A stretch of DNA of 64,000 bases, from the NCBI GenBank assembly GCA_028716265.1, contig JAQUQD010000002.1, forward strand, positions 6,882-70,881. The letters are read 5' to 3'. Origin of the DNA: Bacteroidales bacterium (GTDB lineage Bacteria > Bacteroidota > Bacteroidia > Bacteroidales > JAGONC01). The position numbers and the translations under genes were made by a program. The first letter of the stretch is position 1. Every line of letters begins with the position of its first letter. Shown here piece after piece: positions 55,892 to 62,638 of this stretch. Below the pieces are notes generated by a model, which saw only the letters and a list, made by a program, of their open reading frames with translations, did not search any database and was not told the origin of the DNA.

Positions 55892-57274
55892 ATGAAGACA
55901 CGAATTGAAAAAGACACAATGGGCACTGTGGAGGTTCCTGCCGACAGGTACTGGGGTGCACAGACACAACGGTCAAAAGACAACTTTAAAATTGGTACGG
56001 GAACCATGCCCATCGAGATCATTAGGGCATTTGCGATACTGAAAAAGGCGGCTGCACTGGCCAATTTTGATCTGGGAGTGCTTCCGGCCGAAAAAAAGGA
56101 CCTGATCTGCCAGGTATGTGATGAGATCTACGAAGGTAAACTGGATGACCATTTTCCGCTGGTGATATGGCAAACCGGTTCAGGGACGCAGTCGAACATG
56201 AACGTGAATGAAGTCATCGGCAACAGGGCGCATGTTTTAAATGGCGGCGTACTGGGTGAAGGACAGCGGTTCATCCATCCAAACGACGATGTGAACAAAT
56301 CGCAGTCATCCAACGACACGTTTCCGACAGCCATGCACATTGCCGGCTATAAGATGGTAGTGGAGACCACCATCCCCGGCGTCGAAAAGCTGCGCGATGC
56401 ACTTGCCGGGAAAGCGGAAGAATTCAAGAATATTGTCAAGACGGGCCGTACGCACCTGATGGATGCGACGCCGCTGACACTCGGGCAGGAATTTTCAGGA
56501 TACGCATCGCAGCTGGATCACGGTTTGAAAACCTTGAAAAACACATTACCCCATCTTCAGGAACTGGCTCTGGGAGGTACTGCTGTGGGAACCGGCATCA
56601 ACACGCCCAAGGGATACGCTGAACTGGTTGCCAGAAAGATCGCCGAACTCTCGGGACATCCGTTCATCACAGCACCGAACAAATTTGAGGCCCTCTCAGC
56701 CCATGATGCCATGGTGGAAACGTCGGGAGCGCTGAAGACCCTTGCCGTAAGTCTAATGCACATCGCCAGCAACATTCGTCTGCTTTCCTCCGGGCCGCGT
56801 TGCGGTTACAGCGAGATCATCCTTCCGGCCAACGAACCGGGATCCTCGATCATGCCGGGAAAAGTGAATCCCACGCAGCCGGAAGCGCTCACCATGGTTT
56901 GCGCCCAGGTCCTTGGAAACGATGTCGCCATCAACATCGGAGGGACGCACGGGCACTTCCAGCTCAATGTGTTCAAGCCGGTCATGATCGCCAATCTTCT
57001 GCAGTCAGCAAGGCTGCTGGGCGACGCATGCATATCGTTCACCGACCACTGCGTGGTTGACATCCAGCCCAACATGCCGTACATCCAAAAGAACCTTGAG
57101 AACTCACTGATGCTCGTCACTGCACTGAACACACATATCGGGTATGACAATTCCGCGAAGATCGCAAAGAAAGCGCATACCGAGAACAAAACGCTGCGCG
57201 AGGCGGCCATTGAACTAGGACTTGTGACGGAGGAACAGTTCCGGGAGTGGGTTGATCCTGCGAAAATGATATGA
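55892..57274 (+). CDS. fumC: class II fumarate hydratase
   Basis: 460 aa. Motifs: [64 protein letters not shown] (signature SS loop). Confidence 0.95.
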   Translation: MKTRIEKDTMGTVEVPADRYWGAQTQRSKDNFKIGTGTMPIEIIRAFAILKKAAALANFDLGVLPAEKKDLICQVCDEIYEGKLDDHFPLVIWQTGSGTQSNMNVNEVIGNRAHVLNGGVLGEGQRFIHPNDDVNKSQSSNDTFPTAMHIAGYKMVVETTIPGVEKLRDALAGKAEEFKNIVKTGRTHLMDATPLTLGQEFSGYASQLDHGLKTLKNTLPHLQELALGGTAVGTGINTPKGYAELVARKIAELSGHPFITAPNKFEALSAHDAMVETSGALKTLAVSLMHIASNIRLLSSGPRCGYSEIILPANEPGSSIMPGKVNPTQPEALTMVCAQVLGNDVAINIGGTHGHFQLNVFKPVMIANLLQSARLLGDACISFTDHCVVDIQPNMPYIQKNLENSLMLVTALNTHIGYDNSAKIAKKAHTENKTLREAAIELGLVTEEQFREWVDPAKMI

Positions 57275-57302
57275 GAGAGGAGAAAGGAGAGAGGAGAAAT
57301 AG
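57275..57302 (+). repeat. GARAGGA-family heptamer array, 4 units, directly after the fumC stop codon
   Basis: TGA (57272-57274) is followed at once by GAGAGGA GAAAGGA GAGAGGA GAAATAG. Confidence 0.9.
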
Positions 57303-57361
57303 AATACAATTAAATACATTTTTCATCGCGTAGCGATGACATGTCGGTAGTAGATGTATTG

Positions 57362-58552
57362 TTAACGATTGTATTTTCTCTTTCGGTAAAAAATCCACAA
57401 TAGGATCAGGCCGGTGAAGGTCAGGCCGCGAAGGAACCAAGTTTTTTGTTGATCGATCCTGAATGCCGGGGGGTTGGACGGGATCGTTTCCTTATAGCGT
57501 GCCACGGGATTCAGATAAAAGGTGGTACCGTCGGGGTAAGCGATTTCCGTTCGGATATAGGGATCAGAGGCCTGTATCGTATAAGCTGCTATGGAAGAAT
57601 TGGCTTGCCTTGATTTGACGATCCCGCCCCCACTGATGAACCTGAATTCCGCCGCTGATGAATCCATTTCAACCAGCAGGGTATCACCCTGCAACTGTAC
57701 TTTTCTCAGGCGCGGCAGGTGTTGATGCCTCAACGCTTTTTGCTCCATAGTCTCTCCCAGGGGCCTGGGTATTTCTGCTCCATAGGATTGCCCTTTTTTG
57801 AGGGAAGCGATGATCTGGGACGAATGGTTGAGCGGGGAATGGATCATCGTGCAGAACTGTCCGACTTCGTCAGGATTGGATACGTCATGTGCATCGTCGT
57901 TGGCCAGAATGGTAACATAACGTCCGGCCGATAGGGCTGTATCCCAGTGCCCGATTGATTTCCGGAAGCCATTGAGTGCTTCAATGCCATCGTAATTCGA
58001 CAGCCATTTCACCTCTTCCGCAGGATAATCCCTGGTGAATTCCGGATGGGCAATATACACCAGATCACTGGAAGCTCTCAAACGGTTAAGGATCTGTTGT
58101 TTATGATGAAGGTTCTGGAATAGGGGGTAATCGTTCCAGATGACCTTGTGGGCACCGATCAGCACATGATGGTTCTTTTCAAATCCATAACCATGTTCAT
58201 AGACCGGGATGAAGCCGGGTTGGTCAGAGCCCCAGGTATTGATCTTCTGGTAGTCAGAGATGGCAATGATATCATATCCAAGCTGTCTGTACACATCGAA
58301 GATCAGTTCGTTCGAATTTTTACGTCCGTCGGTGATGCCTCCCCAGGCTTTGGACTGGACCTGAAAATTACCTTTGCGCCATACCGCGGAGTCGATGTTC
58401 TGGTAGGGATTATACAATTTATTGCCGGAAAAGGACGCTGGTTCGGAAAATTTAAAGACCGGGCACATCAGGTGGTGAAGGATCAGGATCCCAATGGCCA
58501 GAATCAGGAGATAAAGAATAGGTTTACCGATAAGTGATATGATGTTGCGCAT
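57362..58552 (-). CDS. hypothetical membrane-anchored protein with degenerate PHP-like (CehA/McbA-type) motifs
   Basis: 396 aa with an N-terminal TM helix (ILYLLILAIGILILHHL) and a C-terminal TM helix (GLTFTGLILLWIFY). The motif series FQVQS, AISDY, YEHGY, IAHPE, IEALNG and ANDDAHD is ordered like PHP-domain metal-binding motifs, but Gln/Tyr replace some His residues. The CDS is likely real; its function is uncertain. Confidence 0.4.
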   Translation of the reverse strand: MRNIISLIGKPILYLLILAIGILILHHLMCPVFKFSEPASFSGNKLYNPYQNIDSAVWRKGNFQVQSKAWGGITDGRKNSNELIFDVYRQLGYDIIAISDYQKINTWGSDQPGFIPVYEHGYGFEKNHHVLIGAHKVIWNDYPLFQNLHHKQQILNRLRASSDLVYIAHPEFTRDYPAEEVKWLSNYDGIEALNGFRKSIGHWDTALSAGRYVTILANDDAHDVSNPDEVGQFCTMIHSPLNHSSQIIASLKKGQSYGAEIPRPLGETMEQKALRHQHLPRLRKVQLQGDTLLVEMDSSAAEFRFISGGGIVKSRQANSSIAAYTIQASDPYIRTEIAYPDGTTFYLNPVARYKETIPSNPPAFRIDQQKTWFLRGLTFTGLILLWIFYRKRKYNR

Positions 58553-58566
58553 ATGAGCCTTTTCTT

Positions 58567-58632
58567 GAGAGGAGAGAGGAGAAAGGAGAAAGGAGAGATA
58601 AATAATGAAATATCTCTCCTTTCTCCTTTCTC
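58567..58632. repeat. GARAGGA heptamer array plus its perfect inverted copy (21-bp palindrome); probable terminator of the acyl-CoA carboxylase operon
   Basis: The plus strand carries gagagga gagagga gaaagga gaaagga gagataa (58567-58601). gagaaaggagaaaggagagat (58579-58599) pairs perfectly with atctctcctttctcctttctc (58612-58632), with a 12-nt loop. In the minus sense the operon stop TAA (58640-58638) is followed directly by GAAATGA GAAAGGA GAAAGGA GAGATAT. Confidence 0.9.
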
Positions 58633-58637
58633 ATTTC

Positions 58638-60176
58638 TTACAACGGTATGTTCCCATGCTTTTTCGGGGGATTGGATTTGCTTTTATTCTGCGTCATCTC
58701 CAGGGCCTGGATGAGTTTGAATCGGGTTTCCCTGGGGAGGATGATCTCATCGATGTAGCCCAGTTCGGCTGCTTTGTATGGGCTGGCGAAGGTCTTCTTA
58801 TAATCTTCGACAGCAGCAGCCTTCTCCTCGTCGGAGAGGCGGTCACGAAAGATGATGTTCACAGCGCCTTCAGGTCCCATGACAGCAATTTCTGCCGAGG
58901 GGTAGGCAAAATTCATGTCGGCGCCGATATGTTTGCTCGACATAACGTCATAGGCACCTCCATAGGCCTTGCGTGTGATGACAGTGATTTTGGGGACGGT
59001 TGCCTCACAGAATGCGTACAGGAGTTTAGAGCCGTGCTTGATGATGCCTCCGAATTCCTGGGCGGTCCCTGGCAGGAAGCCCGGCACATCCACAAACGTG
59101 ATGAGGGGGATGTTGAATGCATCACAGAACCTTACAAACCGTGCTCCCTTGACGGAAGAGTTGATGTCCAGTACACCGGCCAGGTTTTCAGGCTGGTTGG
59201 CCACAATGCCGACGGGACGACCTCCCAGACGGGAAAATCCGACGATGATGTTCTGTGCATAGTACGGCATGACCTCAAAGAAATGGTAATCATCCACTAC
59301 GGTCCTGATGATCTCCTTCATGTCGTATGGAGTTCTGGAATCAACGGGGATGAATTTCTGGAGCCGCTCATCCTCCCGGTGGATATCGTCGGTACAGGGT
59401 TTCAGGGGGGGGTCTTCCATGTTGTTGGAAGGCAGGAAGGTCATCAGTTCGCGGATCATCATCATGCATTGTTCGTCGTTCTCGGCTACAAAATGAGCCA
59501 CACCGCTCTTGGTGTTGTGTGTCATGGCGCCGCCGAGCTCATCCTTGGTAACTTCTTCGTGTGTGACGGCTTTGATCACATCGGGGCCGGTGACGAACAT
59601 ATAACTGGAGTCTTTCACCATAAAAATGAAATCCGTCATGGCTGGAGAATAAACGGCCCCCCCTGCGCACGGGCCCAGGATCGCTGAGATCTGCGGGATC
59701 ACGCCTGATCCCATCACGTTGAGATAAAATATATCGGCGTATCCTCCCAAGCTTTCCACCCCTTCCTGTATCCGGGCACCCCCTGAGTCGTTCAGACCGA
59801 TCACCGGAGCACCCACCTTCATGGCATGTTGTACGATCTTCACGATCTTATCGGCATTGGCGCTGCTCAGCGTGCCTCCGAAAACAGTAAAATCCTGGGC
59901 AAACACGAATACAAGTCTCCCCTCGATCCTGCCATATCCGGAAACGACGCCGTCTCCCAGTATTTTATTCTTATCCATCCCAAAGTCGGTGGCACGATGG
60001 GTCACGAACTTATCCATCTCGACGAACGTGCCCGCGTCCAGCAGATCCTGGATCCTTTCCCTGGCTGTTTTCCGGCCGGCCTGATGCTGCCTGTCGATCC
60101 GCTCTTTTCCCCCACCCTGTTCAGCCAGTATGTTCCGTATCTCCAGCTGTTTGTATTTTTCTTCGTGTGATGCCAT
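58638..60176 (-). CDS. acyl-CoA carboxylase carboxyltransferase subunit (propionyl-CoA carboxylase beta / methylmalonyl-CoA carboxyltransferase family)
   Basis: 512 aa. Motifs: [67 protein letters not shown]. Confidence 0.9.
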   Translation of the reverse strand: MASHEEKYKQLEIRNILAEQGGGKERIDRQHQAGRKTARERIQDLLDAGTFVEMDKFVTHRATDFGMDKNKILGDGVVSGYGRIEGRLVFVFAQDFTVFGGTLSSANADKIVKIVQHAMKVGAPVIGLNDSGGARIQEGVESLGGYADIFYLNVMGSGVIPQISAILGPCAGGAVYSPAMTDFIFMVKDSSYMFVTGPDVIKAVTHEEVTKDELGGAMTHNTKSGVAHFVAENDEQCMMMIRELMTFLPSNNMEDPPLKPCTDDIHREDERLQKFIPVDSRTPYDMKEIIRTVVDDYHFFEVMPYYAQNIIVGFSRLGGRPVGIVANQPENLAGVLDINSSVKGARFVRFCDAFNIPLITFVDVPGFLPGTAQEFGGIIKHGSKLLYAFCEATVPKITVITRKAYGGAYDVMSSKHIGADMNFAYPSAEIAVMGPEGAVNIIFRDRLSDEEKAAAVEDYKKTFASPYKAAELGYIDEIILPRETRFKLIQALEMTQNKSKSNPPKKHGNIPL

Positions 60177-60191
60177 AGGGTTCTGTTTTTG

Positions 60192-60268
60192 GTTGCAGGT
60201 TGCAGGCTACAGGTTACAGGTTGCAGGTTTGGAATTAACTTGAAACCTGAAACTTGAAACCTGCAACT
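60192..60268 (-). repeat. eleven heptamers in one continuous 7-nt register filling the BCCP-carboxyltransferase spacer
   Basis: The plus strand reads gttgcag gttgcag gctacag gttacag gttgcag gtttgga attaact tgaaacc tgaaact tgaaacc tgcaact. gttgcaggttt (60220-60230) pairs with aaacctgcaac (60257-60267). The array starts at the BCCP stop codon TAG (60267-60269). Confidence 0.9.
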
Positions 60269-60776
60269 ATTCAAGCAGTATCAGCGTCTGGTTCCCGTCC
60301 ACCGTCGCTCCTTCCTTCACCAGGATATCTTTCACCACGCCATCTTTTTTTGCCTTGAACTCACTTTCCATCTTCATGGCAGATACAATGATCAGGGTCT
60401 GTCCCGGTTTGACCCGGAATCCTACTTTGACAGGGATACTGACCACCTTTCCCGGCATCGGGGAGAAGATCCTGTTTCCGGCTTCGCCGAACTGGCTTTT
60501 TTCCCTGCTTCGGAGATATTTTGTCTCCGCATCCACAATCTCCACATCATAGGATCTCAGGTAGGTGTTCACCGTATATTTCCTGCCTACTCCGTTCCGG
60601 ATCAGCTCAAGATTATAGGAACGGTTGTTCAGCAGGATGGAGTAGATGCCTTCTTCTACCATGACAAGGTCCAGCTCATAGATTTTATCATCCACGGCAA
60701 TTTTTATCTGGTTGCCTTCCTGATAGATGAGTTCTACGGTTGCCGAACGTTTACCAAGATTTACTTCATAGGGCAT
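60267..60776 (-). CDS. biotin carboxyl carrier protein (biotin/lipoyl attachment domain)
   Basis: 169 aa. The C-terminal biotinyl domain carries SPMPGKVV and the biotinylation motif SAMKMES. Confidence 0.85.
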   Translation of the reverse strand: MPYEVNLGKRSATVELIYQEGNQIKIAVDDKIYELDLVMVEEGIYSILLNNRSYNLELIRNGVGRKYTVNTYLRSYDVEIVDAETKYLRSREKSQFGEAGNRIFSPMPGKVVSIPVKVGFRVKPGQTLIIVSAMKMESEFKAKKDGVVKDILVKEGATVDGNQTLILLE

Positions 60777-60789
60777 AGGTTGTACAGCT

Positions 60790-62298
60790 TTATATTCGCT
60801 GAATGCCTTTTTTTCGTCCGAAGTCTTTCCATTTAGTGAAGGATGACACTGCGGGCGGACTCAGGCTGACTTTTTTCAACTTTGTCAGATAATCGATAAA
60901 TGCCGTGATGATGGCAACGTCTTCGCATTGCAGATCACATCGTTCGGTTTCAAGCAGTTCGTTCTTATGATCTTCAATAAAATGGGTAGTGTATTTTCCA
61001 TTTTTAAAGTCGGCATTCTCCATGATCCGTTCGAGGAACTTGATGGTCGTTTTAATGCCCGTGATCTTATAGGCCAGCAGGGCTCTCCGCATCCTTCGAA
61101 TAGCTTCATCGCGGTCGGTACCCCAAACGATCAGCTTGGAGATCAGGGGATCGTAATAATGTGGTATTTCGTATCCTTCATAAACATATCCGTCGTGCCG
61201 TATGCCCAGTCCGAGAGGTTCGGTCATATGCAGGATCAGGCCGGGGCTGGGCATGAAGTTATTATCAGGGTCTTCGGCGCATATACGGCATTCGATGGCA
61301 TGTCCATTCTGCCGCAGTTCTTCCTGTTTTAGCGAGAGAGGTTCCCCAACGGCAATTTTAATCTGTTCTTTCACCAAATCGACGCTGACCACCTGTTCGG
61401 TGATCGGGTGTTCCACCTGCAGGCGGGTATTCATCTCAAGGAAGTAGTAATTCAGGTCATCATCAACGATAAATTCGATAGTGCCGGCGCCCTGGTAGTT
61501 GACCGCTTTGGCTGCGGCAACCGCATGATGGCCCATTTCTTCCCTTATCCGGGGATTCATCAGGGGGGACGGTGTTTCTTCCACCACTTTCTGATGACGA
61601 CGCTGGATGGAACATTCCCTTTCAAAAAGATGGATCGCGTTGCCGAGCGAGTCGGCCAGGATCTGGAATTCGATATGGTGAGGATTGTTGATGTATTTTT
61701 CAATATAAATCGTATCATCACCGAAGGCAGCCTTTGCCTCCGACCGGGCGGCGCGCACGGCAGCCATAAGGTCGGCCTCATAATGGACGAGTCGCATCCC
61801 TTTTCCACCACCTCCCGCAGAAGCTTTGATCATGACGGGAAGCCCCAACTCCCTGGCGATGCGGCGTGCATCCTGAGTGTTCTGGATCACCTCGGATGTA
61901 CCGGGGATTACCGGTATACCACTGGTGATCATTGTTTTACGAGCTGTCAGCTTGTCGCCCATGGTGGCGATGGAATAAGGGGAGGGACCTATGAAGATGA
62001 TCCCTTCGTTCTGGCACCGTTCTGAAAATGTGGCATTCTCCGACAAAAAACCATAACCCGGGTGGATGGCATCAACGCCGGCACGCTTGGCCACTGCGAT
62101 GATCTTATCGATATTCAGGTAACTCTCAACGGAAGGCGGCGGTCCGATGCAGTATGCTTCGTCGGCGTACCTGACGTGCATCGATTTGCGATCGGCCTCC
62201 GAAAAGACAGCCACGGAACGGATATCCATCTCCCGACATGACCTCATTACCCTGACAGCAATCTCTCCGCGGTTGGCAACAAGAACTTTTTTTATCAT
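60790..62298 (-). CDS. accC: biotin carboxylase subunit of acyl/acetyl-CoA carboxylase
   Basis: 502 aa. Motifs: KKVLVANRGEIAVRVMR, HPGYGFLSEN, ASAGGGGKGMR, EMNTRLQVEHPITE. Confidence 0.9.
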   Translation of the reverse strand: MIKKVLVANRGEIAVRVMRSCREMDIRSVAVFSEADRKSMHVRYADEAYCIGPPPSVESYLNIDKIIAVAKRAGVDAIHPGYGFLSENATFSERCQNEGIIFIGPSPYSIATMGDKLTARKTMITSGIPVIPGTSEVIQNTQDARRIARELGLPVMIKASAGGGGKGMRLVHYEADLMAAVRAARSEAKAAFGDDTIYIEKYINNPHHIEFQILADSLGNAIHLFERECSIQRRHQKVVEETPSPLMNPRIREEMGHHAVAAAKAVNYQGAGTIEFIVDDDLNYYFLEMNTRLQVEHPITEQVVSVDLVKEQIKIAVGEPLSLKQEELRQNGHAIECRICAEDPDNNFMPSPGLILHMTEPLGLGIRHDGYVYEGYEIPHYYDPLISKLIVWGTDRDEAIRRMRRALLAYKITGIKTTIKFLERIMENADFKNGKYTTHFIEDHKNELLETERCDLQCEDVAIITAFIDYLTKLKKVSLSPPAVSSFTKWKDFGRKKGIQRI

Positions 62299-62325
62299 AA
62301 ATGATCTTTACACAAGCAAAGTGAG

Positions 62326-62333
62326 CAAAGATA
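62326..62333 (-). promoter_or_regulatory. putative -7 box (TATCTTTG on minus strand) for the accC operon
   Basis: Plus strand caaagata, 27 nt upstream of the accC ATG at 62298. Confidence 0.45.
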
Positions 62334-62579
62334 TAAAAAAAACCACGGACAAATCAAGTGGTGATAAATTACCTGATTATCCGTGATTTATCAATTCAAA
62401 TGATCTGTTTCTCAAGGAAGTGTCAGTCGCAACGTGACTATCCGGTCACGAATGAACAGAGTAATGGCACAGTTAGGTATATTGAACGTATAAAAATTGG
62501 TAATTTAAATTGGGATGACCAGGGGCTGCGAAATAGATTGCGGAGAAATTTCTCAAATAAGGGGACTCAATATTTATCT

Positions 62580-62587
62580 TATATTTG
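62580..62587 (+). promoter_or_regulatory. putative -7 box (TATATTTG) for the histidine kinase gene
   Basis: Exact TAnnTTTG match, 51 nt upstream of ATG 62639. Confidence 0.4.
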
Positions 62588-62638
62588 TTAAACAATCATT
62601 GAATAACGTTCAAAAAAGGGAGGATGAAGTAACCTTCT

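Noticed and set aside
57323-57339. Hairpin tcatcgc-gta-gcgatga between convergent fumC and the 57362-58552 gene, as an intrinsic terminator.
   Set aside because: It has only a 7-bp stem, and no T-run follows it on either strand. That is too weak to call.
58553-58636. Small ORF starting at the ATG inside the GAAATGA unit on the minus strand (MRKEKGEIFHYLSLLSPFSS...).
   Set aside because: Its sequence is dictated by the palindromic repeat, and it runs out of frame into the start of the next gene. Nothing supports translation.
58605-59687. 360-aa plus-strand ORF opposite the carboxyltransferase gene.
   Set aside because: It is a shadow ORF antisense to a gene with unambiguous carboxyltransferase motifs. 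Its sequence is Gly/His/Asp-rich and of low information. The same reasoning applies to antisense ORFs 10034-10687, 23726-24445, 26287-27021, 50118-50885, 53802-54428 and 61408-62025.
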